A stretch of 64,000 bases of DNA from Octopus vulgaris (taxonomy: Eukaryota), in NCBI GenBank assembly GCA_951406725.2, contig OX597815.1:185256001-185320000 (forward strand), written 5' to 3'. Below are positions 10,181 to 26,462 of this stretch, one piece after another. Both the position numbers and the translations under genes were made by a program. The notes beneath the pieces were generated by a model. It did no database searches. It was not told the origin of the DNA and saw nothing but the letters and a program-made list of their open reading frames with translations. Within the stretch, counting starts at the first letter, position 1. The number at the start of each line of letters is the position of its first letter.

Positions 10181-11334
10181 CTTTGATACTTTGATAGGTT
10201 TCGGCCATTATTGGCCCAGGCCATGTCTAACTTAATAGCACCACCTGGTGAAGTCTTTCAAGTCAGAATTTGGGCACTATGGCCGACTCAAGTAGAGAGT
10301 TATTGTTTACAGAGACATATCCGGGTGTAGGGGGTTTATCCGGGATTTCTTGAAGGAATCTGTCCAAAGACTTCTTGAACCCTATAGGGTCAGTTTCTGT
10401 TTTAATGTGTTTTGGTGTAATGTTAAAGAGAGCGGGGCCAATTGAGGTGAAATAATTGTGCCGTATTGTTGTTATGAGATGAGAGTGCGATTTTTGTTTT
10501 GGGCGGATGGCACGGGGCCCAAGCCTTGGATGTACCTTAAAGGTGATGCCAACATCATTTGGGCAATGCTGATGGAATATTTTCCACATCATGCAGATGA
10601 TGTAGCGCTCACGACGACGTTGGAGAGAATAGAGTTTTAGCTTTTCTAGTCGACCCCAATAGTCGAGGCCTGTCATGCCATCTATCTTTTTTGTGATTGC
10701 CCTTTGAGGTGCTTCGACTTTTTTGATACCTTGTATTGTGTGGGGAGACCACAGTGGACAACAGTATTCAAGGTGGGGTCGGGCAAAAGTGGAGAAGAGA
10801 GGGATAATGGTGTGGATATCTCTCGACTGGAAAGTTCTGAGAATCCAGGAACACATTCTGCGGGCCATGTCAACTTTGGTGTTTATATGAGTGGCCCAGC
10901 TTACGTTGTTGTCCACAATTACTCCCAAGTCTCTGATGTTGTTGGACGCCGCGAGAGTTTCACCTGAAGGAAGGGAGTATGGGAGTTTCAGGGCATCCTC
11001 TTTTCCAAAGTGGATTAGCTCAAATTTATCCTCGTTCAGCAGCATATTGTTTTTTTCTGCCCATTGGATAACAGCCAGTAGATCTGACTGAAGGCATGTC
11101 CGGTCACTCGCCTCATTTATGACCTTCTGTAGCTTGGAGTCATCTGCAAAGATTTTTATGTTGCTGTGCTTGATGATGTCATTAATGTCATTAATGTAAA
11201 TGATAAAAAGAAGTGGGCCCAGCACAGTGCCTTGCGGAACGCCACTACTGACTTTGGCTGGGCTTGATTTTACCCCTTCAACTACAACATGTTGAGATCT
11301 GTCTGTCAGGAAACACTTAATCCATTTCAGTAAC

Positions 11335-11335
<1 letters not shown>
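10181..11335 (-). mobile_element. 5'-truncated LINE (CR1/L2 group), family 2; open RT C-terminal frame
   Basis: Frame is open from 11335: LLKWIKCFL...[14 protein letters not shown]...FADD...PHLEYCCPLWSP...LYSLQRRRER, stop at 10263. Short 3' UTR ends in (TATCAAAG)2. Flanked by (TA)n on both sides. Confidence 0.93.
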
Positions 11336-11855
<520 letters not shown>

Positions 11856-11943
11856 GATTGATTGATTGATTGATTCCAGTTCCAGCCCATGAGCTGTGGC
11901 CATGCTGGGGCACCGCCATTTGGTGTTGCTACTTGGTTTTACT

Positions 11944-14900
11944 TCATGGGGGCTTTCTAGCAACTGCTATTTGGTGCATGAGAGAGTTCGATGCAGCTGC
12001 CCTCATCTGCCCCTCCTGCCGTGAAGTTGGTTCATCTGGGACACCAGACAGGAAGAGATCCAGCTTCATTTTAAAGACATCTGTATCCACCCCATGCAGG
12101 TCTCTCAGGTTCTTCGGGAGGATATTGAAGAGCTGTGGGCCTCGGAAGCCCAGGCTATCACAGAATCTTGTCCTACATCTTGATGGCAGGTTTGGAGTCC
12201 TAGGCACCACGCAGTGCGCCCAGTTCTGGCATTTGTGTAACTCTCGATGCCAAAGTTCAGGACACTTCCCTCCAGGATCTTCCAGATGTATATTATGGCA
12301 TATCTTTCCCGCCTACGCTCCAGGGAGTATAATTTTAATCTCTTGAGTCTTTCCCAGTAGCTTACATTCTGCATAGAGGCTATCTTCTTTGTGTAGCTTC
12401 GTTGGATCGCCTCAAGTTCTGTGATCAACTTGACACTGGATGGTGACCATAGCTGAGAGCAATAGTCAAAGTGGCTTAGGACAAGTGTCTTCCAGAGGAC
12501 CATCATGGTTTCTTGTTCTCTTGTTCTAAAGGTTCTAAGAATCCAGCCAGCCAGCCGTCTACATTTCACTGTCAGTTTAGCAACATGTACATGAAAGGTC
12601 GCGTCATCACTCATGTGAATACCCAGGTCACGCACTGATTGTGCCTCTGGGATTGCAATCCCTCCGGGTCCAGTGTATTCATTGGGTATTGCATTCAGTT
12701 TTGCATGCTGATAGTATAAAGCTTGAAACTTTCCAGCATTGAACTGCATGCTATTCTTTTCAGCCCACTTGTATATTTCGTCCAGCTCACATTGCAGGTT
12801 TTTAGTGTCCTCAGGGTTCTGTATTGCCTGTGAAACTTTTGTATCATCTGCATAACTTGTGATCGTGGATCTCTGCGTGGCTGAGGGCATGTCTGAGAGG
12901 GCCATTATGAACAGTAGTGGTCCCAAAACAGTGCCCTGTGGAACACCACTCATTATTTGCGTGTTAATGGAAGTGGCCCCATTGGCTACTACCACCTGAC
13001 TTCTATTCTTCAGAAAGTCGTGAAGCCATTCTCCTAGTTTTCCAACTATGCCAAGATCACGCAACCTGTGACATATCATTCCGTGATCGACTTTATCGAA
13101 GGCCTTTGCGAAGTCGAGATATATGACTTCCACATTTGAGTGGTTGAGCAGTTGTTTCAGCACCCAGTCATAGTGCTGCAGGAGCTGAGTTAAGCAGCTT
13201 CTTCCTGGTCGGAAACCATGTTGGGTGTCAGGCAGCAAGTCATTTTCTTCAAGGAAGGTGATTAGTTTCCTTCTGACTATTCGTTCCATGACCTTGCTGA
13301 TGTGTGAGGTCAGAGAGATAGGTCTGTAGTTCTTTGCCTCCGCTCTGCTACCTCCTTTATGAATAGGGCATATTTTACCTTCCTTCAGTCCCCTTGGAAG
13401 TTTGCCAGCTGCAAGGAAGCTCTGAAAGAGGGACTGCAGTGGTCTTGCTAAGACTCTCTTACATACTTTTAGGAGGATTGCCGGGAATCCATCGGGGCCA
13501 GTAGCTGAGTCTATTTTCATTTCATCTATAGCCTTTATTACATCGTCTTCCTTTATCTCGATGTAACTTATCGTCGCCGCCTCTGATTCTATATCTGCAG
13601 TGGTAAAGAAGTCAGTTGGATTGCTGATTTGGAAATGCCCAAGGGGTGGAGTGAAAACACTCTTGAATTGTTCATTCAGTATTTCACTTACCCTCATTGG
13701 TTTTCCTGTGAGTGTGCCATCCTTTTCAAGGAGTGGCCCTATCCTACAGTGCACTGTAGCCGTTTCTTTGGCATACCTGTAGAAAGCTCTGGGGTTAGTT
13801 TTTATGTTGTCTATAGCCCAGGCTTCTTTGTCTGCTCTTTCCTTCTCATGGGAAAGTTGCAGACAATTTTCAATTTCCAACAGTTTTATTTTCAGGCGGG
13901 ACTTTTCACTACTTTCAATTTGTTTGTTTAGGCGATTTGAAATTTTTGTACGCCGTCTCATTAAAATTTTCCTCTCTCTGGGGATTTTGTTCTTGTGTAC
14001 AGTGGCCTTTCTCTCTGGGACACATTTGTAGCATATGGCTTGCATTACAGACATGAATTGTTGAAGTATCATGTCGATGTCCGGCGAGGAGAGACATTCA
14101 GGCCAGTTTTGTTTGAGGATCTCTTTCTCAATTTGTTTCCAGTTTGCCTTATTGAAGTTCAAGCTGGAAAGATTCTGAGGGTTTCTTGTAGGCTGCATGT
14201 CCGTGCTCTCTTTTGGCCCGTACATGGTCAGCTCTACCATGTTGTGATCCGAGAGTAGTGTCGGTGTCACTTTCACATTATGGATGAGATCCATATTATT
14301 TGTGAAGCAGAGATCCAGTGTGTTACCTGCTCTGGTTGGTTGCAGTACTACTTGCTCCATGTACAGGGTGTTGGTGAGGTTCAGGAGGGACCTCGCCTGT
14401 CCACGTTCACATCTTGTCATTCCTGGGAGAGAAAGGCCCTCGGGCCATCTGACATTCGGTAGATTGAAGTCTCCCATGAGAAGTACACTTATGTGTTGTT
14501 CTAATGTGGTTAGAACTTCTTCTATTTTTAAAAGGCAGTCCTCGAACTTGCCCATATGACTTGGGGCATCTGGAGGGCGATATGTAGCACACACAACTAC
14601 ATCAAGTTGCCTTATGTGTACAATTAGTGTGTCACACACCGAGTTTGAGTATGACAAAAGGACCTGGGGTGTGAGGTCCCCACGGATGTACATAGCAACT
14701 CCTCCATGACTCCTTTCTTTCCTGTCGGTCCGTAGTACAACATACTGTGGTATGTGTAATTCCGCATCTGCTATGTCCGGTTTCAGATGCGTTTCTGTGA
14801 GTGCTATGCATAAGGCTTGATTGCATGCGACAAAGTCTCTCAGGAACGGGACTTTTGTCCTGTTACTGTGTGTTAGTAAACCTCTGATGTTCAGTAGGAG

Positions 14901-15242
14901 CATCGAGGTGAGGTGTATGCTGTTGCCGGCGTTGTCCACCCTGGGTCCATCTGCTGTGGCGGTCTTGTGAACTGTGGGCAGTTCCATCTGCGAGCCTGAG
15001 CCTGATGGAGCCAGGTTAACTGCTGTACAATCTTTTGTGCCATGCACAAAAAGATTCCTGCTCAGCAGCTGCCCTTTCAACAACACGTTGGTGGTTTGTG
15101 GTACGCACCACATCTGCGTACCTCCGTTTTGGGGCAGGTGATGCCTGGTCCATCCCATTTCCTTTCGGTGGTTGGTTTCTGTGGCAGGGTCCCGGATGTG
15201 CAAAGCGGCAGCCTGCACCTTCCTCTCCATGCCGGCAGGCAC
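11944..15242 (-). CDS. LINE ORF2, apurinic-type endonuclease plus reverse transcriptase; one 1-bp frameshift near 12215
   Basis: EN motifs LNIRG, ALTETHL, YRPP, GDFNLP, LDLCF, SDH. RT motifs [37 protein letters not shown]. The C-terminus continues in the 11944-12210 frame. The real start may be the ATG at 14987. Confidence 0.92.
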
Positions 15243-15780
15243 CTTTCAGGTAGAACCTACATACCCGTGTGCGCTGCTTGTTTCCATCCTTTTTGGCATA
15301 TGGACCGTTAGGTTTGCCTCTGTCCCTGGCTGCCTTGTCCCTTGGCTTTGTCTGAGTTTTAGCTTCAGTTTTTCCTCTTTTTTTGGCCTCTTCATCTCCA
15401 TGTCCACGGCTTTTGGAGCCGGTAGGAGCATCCGTACCTGGGTTCACCTCCCGGGCAGGCCTATCGTTGGAGTTTTCTTCCTGGGCGTCCACCAGGTGGG
15501 GGTGACCCTCCTCATCTGCGCCCACGTCTCCATCCTTGCCATCTTTACTTTGTTCGCGTTTTTCGCTGTTAAAAATGGCATCCAGTGTGTTTATGTGCGA
15601 TCTGACAAGTGCGTATGAGCGTACGAACTCTTGCCTCTTCCGCTCTATTTGTGCTGATGTCCTTTTGAATCCTTTGTTCTTTAGTGCTGCCGCAATTATG
15701 TTACTTGGACTTTCTCCGTCAGCGCATTGCCATCCTCGCAGGAACCACACCAGTTCATCACGTTTCCAAGCTCTGGACAT
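15016..15780 (-). CDS. LINE ORF1 protein with a CCCH-type zinc finger and a possible Myb/trihelix-like N-terminus
   Basis: [22 protein letters not shown] (C-x7-C-x8-C-x3-H). N-terminal AWKRDEL...RTSAQIERKRQE. Lies directly upstream of ORF2. Confidence 0.8.
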   Translation of the reverse strand: MSRAWKRDELVWFLRGWQCADGESPSNIIAAALKNKGFKRTSAQIERKRQEFVRSYALVRSHINTLDAIFNSEKREQSKDGKDGDVGADEEGHPHLVDAQEENSNDRPAREVNPGTDAPTGSKSRGHGDEEAKKRGKTEAKTQTKPRDKAARDRGKPNGPYAKKDGNKQRTRVCRFYLKGACRHGEEGAGCRFAHPGPCHRNQPPKGNGMDQASPAPKRRYADVVRTTNHQRVVERAAAEQESFCAWHKRLYSS

Positions 15781-17378
15781 TCTTGATATATTATCTATCT
15801 ATCTAATTATGTTAAGTAATATTAATCCAAAGTAGGGGGGTAATAGAGAAAGAGAGCGTCTATGTACTTAAGGAGAGATTGGGAGCCAAGAGAAGAGAGC
15901 AGGAGAGAAGAGGAAGAGGAGAGATATTTTGTCTATCTATCTATCTATCTAGTTATATTAAGTTATATTAATCCAATAGTGCAATAGGGGGGGTAGGGGG
16001 TAATAGAGAAAGAGAGCGTCCGTGCACTTAAGGAGAGATTGGGAGCCAAGAGAAGAGAGCAAGAGAGTAGAGGAAGAGGAGATACTGAGTGCTGAAGGAA
16101 GATAGAGAAAGCCTCTAGAGGAGAGCTGAGATAGACAGAGAAAGCGCAAAGGGAGAGAACCGAAGAGACAGACAGAGAGATCTAAACGAAGCTATTGGGC
16201 CAAGGAGGGGCGCAAGGGAGAGAACTGGAGAGACAGATAGAATTCTAAGCGAAGCTATTGGGACATACATATGTATACACACACACACACACATGTACAC
16301 ACGTGTGCACATGCACATATATAGACAAGAGTAACAAGTGAGTACACAAAGAGACAATAATAATAATGAAACATATATAGGCATATATTACAAAACATAT
16401 ATAAACATATATTACAAAGTAATAATAGTAAGAGATTATAAGACAATAATAATAATAAAAATGAAAAATAAAATAAAATAAAACAGCTGAAAGAAAAGAA
16501 AAGAAAGAAAGAAAAAACAGGCCAGGAGGTTTTACAGAGTTTATATATATATATGTAGTATATACATACGCACATATATATATATAACACACACACATAT
16601 ATTTAACAAGTGATAATAATAATAGATAATAAAATAGTGTAATAATATATTTGTCCGCCGCAACAGACAAATTCTTCTATAACAAAACTATAACTAATTG
16701 CGACTATACCTTTAATAATAATTAAAACAGCTGAAAGAAAACACGCCAAGAAATGGCAATATATATTTATTTTAAGATAAACTAATGTCTCTTAAGATAA
16801 ACTACAATACGATTCTACTACTAACACACATGCACGTATATATAGATATATGCGCACATACATATATAAACAGAGTAACAGGTAATTTATAGATAATAGA
16901 TTTAACGAAATTAACAGTAACAAGAATTTGTGATACGTTTTTGCAAGGATATAAACGATTCTACTACTAACACACACACACACATGCACGTATATACTAA
17001 CACACACACACATACGCACATACATATATAAACAGAGTAACAGGTAATTTATAGATAATAGATTTAACGAAATTAACAGTAACAAGAATTTGTGATACGT
17101 TTTTGCGAGGATATATACAGGAATTTGGGTACTTATCGTCTGGAAATAAAATTAGATTCCACGTGCGTATCGCTCGAAAGAGATCTTTGTGTCAAAACTT
17201 GACTTGTGGCAGAAATATATTGCGATTTTTAAGCAAATATCCAGGTACGCGTCTATAAAGTAACAATTTCCACGTTTTGTGAGTGATTTGCCAAGTTATT
17301 TCGTCGATTTTATGCAGCCCTTCTTGTTTTTTATCGCAGAGAGAGACAACACGTGTTTACTCTACGAAAGCCGGAAGT

Positions 17379-19570
<2,192 letters not shown>

Positions 19571-19837
19571 AGATCGATAAATATTAAAATATATACACGC
19601 ATATATTAATAAATATTAATATTTCCTATAAATGATAATATATGTTTGTGTGTGCGTGTGCGTGTATGTCTGCATGTATGTGTGTATAAATATATCTCTG
19701 CATATATGTGTTTATGCCATAATGAATGTATTCTTTCTAAATCGCCAAACTCCCATGATAAATGTTAGTCTTTTGTGTTGTAAATATTTGACGTAGCTTG
19801 ATTGTTGTTTGGTTGCTTACAAACAGTTTTGTTACAA

Positions 19838-20146
19838 TTGCAGCTGCTGCTGCTGCTGTTGCCGCCGCTCCTGCATTGTGGATTTTGCTGCTGCTGCTGC
19901 TCTTTCAGTTGCACGTGTTTCTGCCGTTGTTGCTTCTGCTGCTGCTGCTGCTACATCTGTTGCTGGTTGTGGTTTTGTTGCTTGTGTTCCCGCTGGTGGT
20001 AGTGATAGGTTTGTTGTTTTGTGTTCGTGGTGCTGGAGTGAGGGGGGATATTGCTGTGGTTTCTGTTGCAGTTACTTCTGTCATAGTTGCTTGTGCTGCT
20101 ACTGCTGCTGCCGCTGCTGCTTTGTGTTGTTGTTGTTCTTGTTGTT
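19838..20146. repeat. Degenerate (GCT)n/(GTT)n low-complexity tract
   Basis: Direct reading. Confidence 0.75.
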
Positions 20147-20349
20147 TAATCTCAGGTTAGTTCTATTCAAAGAGATCAACGATCAAAGACATTTCCAGTT
20201 CTAAGCATCCCGTTCTTTTGTGTACGTAGGGTTATATTCTTAAATATGTCCTTCCTACTTTGAAGCAATAGAATGTACTTTGAAGAATATTTAACTGCTA
20301 TTCGTAGCAGATAGAGCGATCATATACAACTCCCCTTTATTGTTGTTAG

Positions 20350-20595
20350 TATTCGGTTGTCCGGAAAGTTCGTACCGATGTTTAAAGGAAAGAAAAATGT
20401 CAATAAATACTTGCCATTACATTTTAACCAACCAAATATGAACCATTTTGTTGCACAATGCGTCTCCATCTTCCTTTAACTTGAAAATATCCTCTTCCCA
20501 GAATTGAGGAGGTTTCATGGCAAAGAATTCATCAAGGTATCTTTTTACGTCACCCACGGAATTGAAATTTTTACCATTAAGACTATTCTGTGAGA
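20350..20595 (-). mobile_element. Mariner 3' fragment with one TIR
   Basis: QNSLNGKNFNSVGDVKRYLDEFFAMKPPQFWEEDIFKL resembles a mariner C-terminus; TA plus TIR-like TTCGGTTGTCCGGAAAGTTCG. Confidence 0.75.
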
Positions 20596-20667
20596 TGAGG
20601 AATGAGGATGGCTGAAGTCTTTCTGTACAATACATTGAAGAACTTAAACTTATAAAAGTGTGCTGCA

Positions 20668-21100
20668 CTGTGGTGTGACAGTGTGGTAAGAAGTTTGCTT
20701 CCCAACCAAACCTCATAAAACCAGATTCGGTCCCACTCAGTGGCACCTCGGGCAAGTGTTTCTAGTATACCTTCGGGCCGCCCAAAGCCTTGTGAGTGGA
20801 TTTGGTAGACGTAAGCAGAAAGAAGTCCATCGTATATATATATATATATATATATATATGGATGTGTTTATGTGTCTTTGTATTCGTGTCTTCCATCATC
20901 ACCGCTTGACAACCGGTGTTGGTTTGTTTACATTCAGTGACTTAGCAGTTCGGTGAAAGTCTCAGATAGAATAAGAACCAAGCGCTTTAAAAAAATATGT
21001 ATGTACAGGGATCGATTCCTTGGACTGTAACTAAAACGCTTCAAAACGGTGCTCCAGTATGGCCACAATCTAATGACTGAGACGCGTAACAGATAAAAGA
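20668..21100 (+). mobile_element. SINE family B
   Basis: tRNA-like head, GCACCTCGGGCAAGTG, internal (TA)n and the family 3' tail. Confidence 0.8.
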
Positions 21101-22325
21101 CAAACATAATACAATGTAACATTGTGTTGCTGTGCTGTCATTTGTTGATGACATTTAACCAAAGTTACCCATAATCTTCTCGACAGATGATGGAAATCCT
21201 TCCTGACATGACAAGCCTATTGTTTCGTATATCGAGCACTGCATTGTCCAATGTAACCCTATAAAAAAAGGATGGAATTTCAAAGAGATATTGTTATTTG
21301 TTTTCATTGTTTGTCATCAAGTCATCTGTGATCAAGCAAATTTATGATGATATTGACTATTATTTTCCCTTTGTGCACGGAACCCAGGGTCATACTTTCA
21401 GACAAGATGAGTAACTACACAGAAGCTTGTTTGTCGACTCAAGACTTCGCTACTTCTTCTAGCAGCCAAATCCACTAAGCAAAGGTCCTTTCTTCTTTGA
21501 CTCGCTTAATATAACGTAGCGTGGCATATTGGACCAGATATAAGTTTAATTTTCAGCGAAATAGTTTGATGTAATGTTGTAATACGCTAGAATGTCAGAT
21601 AGGCAGCCAAACGTTCTACACTTTGAGTTCAAGTCTCCCGTATACCCATATATATGTAACTCAAAATATAAACAATAATAAACCATAAAATGAATTTATA
21701 TCTTTCAAAATAAAACAGAACCAACAGGAAGTTGGAAATTTGGTTATTTTTGTATTCAAATAATTTTCTCCAGCTTTTTTAATTTCAAATTCTTTGATCA
21801 GATCCTCACCATGACAGCATGGGCCGGAAATTATATTTCCGCTCATATAAATCACTTTGAATATCATTTTTGCAAGTTTCAAGCGATTTCTTTTGTGCCG
21901 TAAACCCTTTACCATTTCTGTGTTGTCCCTGACTTCCTCTGATGACACCGAATCACATGCCTATTTGGCTTAATGGTTAATTCAGCGCCAGTCTTCTATC
22001 ACTAAGGTGCCCCGTTTTCTACTCAGGGCTAAATGGCCAATATTCCCGTCCGTTTTAAAGACGGCGATTTCTAGACTTGAGTAGGATTTCGGTTCTATAT
22101 CTAGTAGTTCTGGTAACCACATGGAGGCCTATTTCATTAGGTCGGTTGAGGAACATTTGTCAACAACTAAGAGACATCCACAGCTTGATATGTCAAGTGA
22201 TTAATTTATGCAATTATAATGGAATTGGAAGTGTAAAGCTTGGTCGTATAATTCATAGGGGGTGGTCATGTAAGACTGAAAAACTTACAACGGTGATGAA
22301 CGTAAGTGATTATAGAACTTATTAA

Positions 22326-22557
22326 GGCATCGAGCTGGCAGAGACGTTAGCATGCCGGGCGAAGTGCTTCGCGGTATTTCGCCCGTTGCTACGTTCTGAG
22401 TTCAAATTCCGCCGAGGTCGACTTTGCCTTTCATCCTTTCGGGGTCGATAAATTAAGTACCAGTTACGCACTGGGGTCGATGTAATCGACTTAATACGTT
22501 TGTCTGTCCTTGTTTGTCCACTCTATGTTTAGCCCCTTGTGGGTAATAAAGAGACAG
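22326..22557 (+). mobile_element. SINE family A monomer
   Basis: Head plus body; TSD ATAGAACTTAT. Confidence 0.85.
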
Positions 22558-22824
22558 ATAATAGAACTTATCGGACAAGTGTTCAAATCTTAAATGGTAT
22601 TACTAGTAATGTTGCAGTCGTTGTTTACACTCCTCCCTCATCGCCTTATGATCAACAACATTCCAACTATGACTGTCCTGTCTTTTAAACGGTAAGATTA
22701 CACTAATAAATATTGCCATGCGTAAGTTGGTAGGGTGTGGCGTGTGGAAGATTTGACTGCTATTTCTGGTAGACCAGATGAGTATATATAGGCGCAGTAA
22801 TTGCGGGTGGCAGCAGTACGGTAA

Positions 22825-23194
22825 TCTCTCTATATATAAAGTTGAAGTTGTCTGTGTATAGCAGGTTTGGTAGCCTTCAACTAACATTGTCTCCTCCGAA
22901 ACCCTGCGGCGCAAGTTGACCAAAATTGAGAGTATGATAGAAGAAGGCTTGTTCTTCCTTAAGTAGAAGAAAAAATTCAAATGGGACCATGTTAACACCA
23001 AAAATTATTTACATCAAAACGGTGCTTTTTTTTCTATGAAAATCCTTATTTTCTACGAATGCCGTGTATTTCAACCAGAAAAAATGTCCACTTAAAGAGA
23101 ATAACAAGCTACATAATACAAAATTTTTAATTTTCAAAAATTGCAATTCTAAAGGGTCGAAACAAACCCGAGCAAGCCCGGACGATACTGCTAG
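22825..23194 (+). mobile_element. Non-autonomous Helitron
   Basis: 5' TC(TC)TATATATAAA, subterminal GC hairpin CCCGAGCAAGCCCGG, 3' CTAG, inserted between A and T. A second copy lies at 35059-35453. Confidence 0.8.
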
Positions 23195-26100
23195 TATTTA
23201 ATATAACCATCATCATCGTCGTCGTCATCGTAGGTTTGGTATTTATTTGCCGTGCTCGTATGAGTGCATATGTATGTGTTTATGTGTGGGGGTGTATCTG
23301 TTAGTGTTGTGTAAGTTGCTGGTATTGACGCAAATGGTAAGGGTAGTAGTAGGCAGTGTTACAAGCATCGCACTTGTAGCGATGGTGATGCTGGCAGTGA
23401 TAATGCTGTATATTTATTGATGGTAATGATGATAAAAGTTTATCTGTACTGGCGATGGTGTTGATGGGGATTCCGTTAATGTAGAGGCTGGCGATGTATA
23501 CTCCTCTCTGCTTTCTGTTTTTTACGGTGGCGAATGCAATATCTGGGACTGTGGTGGCAGAGGCTATAATGCTGTTGATGATTGGAGTGGTGTTGGTAGT
23601 GGTTGTGGCAGTGACAGCAGCAGTGTATGTTCCAGTGAGTGTTGCAAAGTGGCAGTGAGAGTAGAAGTCTGGGAAACTGTGCACAGAACTAATGCTACGG
23701 TGTATGTAGTATGTGGGTGATGTTGTGGGATGAATAGAAAACGGTGAGAATGATGAGGTTGGAAACAGGTGGAGAGAGATAAGAGGAAGGTGAAGTTGTT
23801 GATGGCAGCAACACAAAGTAAGTGTGCGCTTGTGCATGTGTATATGTGTGTGTATAGACACACATATAAACATGCATTCGCTGATACGCATGCATACATA
23901 CATACATACATACATACATACATACATACATACATACATACATACATACATACATACATGTGTATATACACACACGTGTATATATTTATTTGTGAAGGTA
24001 TAATGGAAGAGGCGTGCGTGGTGAAGAGAAAGCAAGAAGAATGAGCTGGTTGGAACAACTTACGGAGAGAGTCCTAGTTAGAAAAGCGCTGATAATTTTC
24101 GATGTGTTGGTCATGCATGGTAGTAGTAACATTGAGAAAACTAAGCGATGAAGATAGTGGAGAGAGGGTTAGGCTTAGACTTATTGTGAACTAACGAATG
24201 AGAAGTTAGGACGTTCATGGCTTTCCTAAAATTATTTTCAGATAATTTCTCATTCGTACGACGCGAATTAGAACCCCGCTCTCTGGTTTTGCAAGCAAAG
24301 ACGAAAATAATAATTCTTGGTATCAATATGTAAACAACATGTAAACTGGGAATGTATTGTTTTAATAAAGCACAGTCTCATAACTGTCGGGTGGTGCCGT
24401 TTGAATTGAAATGGTAAGTTACGGTGCCTGTGTCTTATAGGAGAGTAGTTATTAGCGCAGTCAGAGAAGTGGCTTTCATTGAATGTTGGGGAAGTGGCTT
24501 ATGTAGTGTAAAATCATTTGTAAAGTGAAATGCTGGGTCACGTCCTTCAGACAACCTAGCTTGGAGTTTCATTAAACTATAGAAGGGAGAGGAGAGACAG
24601 AGATTTATAGAAGGTTACAGTGAAATAGAAACAAGGAGAGGTTTTTCAGAGATGGATGAGAGAATTAACAATACTTATGAGTTGTAGGTGGAGTGATGTG
24701 GGGGGAAAATGCAGGAGAAAGAGAAGAGAAACAAATGATATATGAGCAAGCGGAAATGAGAAAGAGGAAAATAGTTTTGAGGAGATGTGTAGGAAGGGAA
24801 TGAGAAAGAGCAAACGGAGAGATGTTGCTATGGGCAAGAAAGTTAATGAGTAGAAAAAGATGGAAAGTATGATGCTGAATGTTTGATATGAGGTGGTGGA
24901 CGAAAAGGGGTGGAATATGAAAGAGGAAAAAAGAAGGAGTAAAAGTAAGGGAGGTAGAAGGAAAGAAAGAGTGATAGAAAGAAGAAAATGGAATTGTGTG
25001 AGTTTGTGCGTGTCAAAACAGGAGAGTATAAAAGCGATAGAAGCGATCTAAGAGGCGAGAGAATTGGTGAGAAGAGCAAGGGAATGTTATAGTGGGAGTA
25101 GCAAGAGTTAAAAGTAAAAGAGTGAGATATAAAGAGAGAGAGATAGAGAGAGAGAGAGGAGGGGGAGAAAGTAAAAGTGATAGACAGAAAGTTAGAGAAA
25201 GTAAGAAGAGATGTGAGGGAAAGTAAAAACTGAGAGAGGAAGAGAGAGTTCGTGAGAGGGAGTATGTGAGTATGTGTGTTTGTGTGTGAGTAGCAAATAC
25301 TGAAGAACTGGTAAATAGTAAAAGTAAAAGAGTGAGAAATAAAGAGAGAGAGAGAGAGAGAGAAAGCAAAAGTGATAGATAGAAAGTTAAAGAAAGTAAG
25401 AAATGATGTGAGGGAAAATAAAAACAGAGAGGAAGAGAGAGTTCGTGAGGGGTAGTGTATGAGTCGGTGTGTTTGTGTGTGAGTAGCAAATAATGAAGAA
25501 TTGGTGAATATTAAAAGTGAGAGAGAAACGGTAAGCCCAGTGAAAGACAGAAAGCGAGGCGACGAGGAAATGTGTATGTTTGTCTGTTTCTTGTGTGTGC
25601 TTGTGGGAGCTTGTGAGAGTCTGATGTGCAGTAGTATAATTGCATATGCTACAGAATAAGTCTGTGTGGTGATAATGTGGGTGTATGAAATAAAAATGTG
25701 TAGATATATGTATGCAAACGTATGTGTGTTTGTCAGGTTGCATGATTGCATGCTAAAAAAACAACAAAACAAATAAAAGCAAGAATTCTGTAGTAGTGGA
25801 ATAATGCTTCATAACACAACTTGGTTGGCGGTGGAGTTGGAATAGCAAGGAGGATATATCAAAAAGACTTGCAGTTTCGTCTGCTTCTAACTTTAGCTGA
25901 CTGCGCTGCTTTGCCTCTATTTTCTCCCATCTTTCTTTTCGTTTTTTTTTTGTTTTTTTTTTTTTTTTGTTTTCTATTTTATCGATCTCTACTAACGTCG
26001 GACCTATCGATCCGCAATAGTTTAAGATGTGCTTCGCCTTCCTATCCTCTCCTCTCTCTCTCGTATCGTTATTCTACGACCTACCTATCTCAGAAACTAA

Positions 26101-26462
26101 GCTACACAACCAAACCTACATTGTAACTAACTGGCTTGTCTTTTTTTATACACTGTAATGCTGGCTAGAAGTAATGCAGAAAGAAAAAAAACAGAAGATA
26201 GATAATTAGATAAAGCAGGAAAGAGAGAGAAAACATACGAGAAAAACGAAAATAAATGGAATATTTTGATACCAGATAAGTATGAGTGACTGAAATAAGA
26301 TTTGATAGTTGTTGCTAGCCATCCACAATCACCACCACCACCATCACTATCAGCGACAAGACCACTGCTAACGTATCGTCATATAAATAAAAATGAAAAA
26401 CTCTCTTATACTAGCATAACATCATCAACAACAACAACAACAACGATAACAAGAACACTAGT

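Larger units (their letters stand above)
11856..17378 (-). mobile_element. Apparently full-length LINE of about 5.5 kb (CR1/L2 group): 5' UTR, ORF1, ORF2, (AATC)n tail
   Basis: The 5' end abuts (TA)n at ACTTCCGGCTTTCG, two ORFs follow, and the 3' tail GGAATCAATCAATCAATCAATC abuts (TA)n. Confidence 0.92.

Noticed and set aside
24843-25772. 309-aa hydrophobic ORF
   Set aside because: Comes from AG-rich low-complexity DNA with a local ~200-bp duplication; no domain signal.
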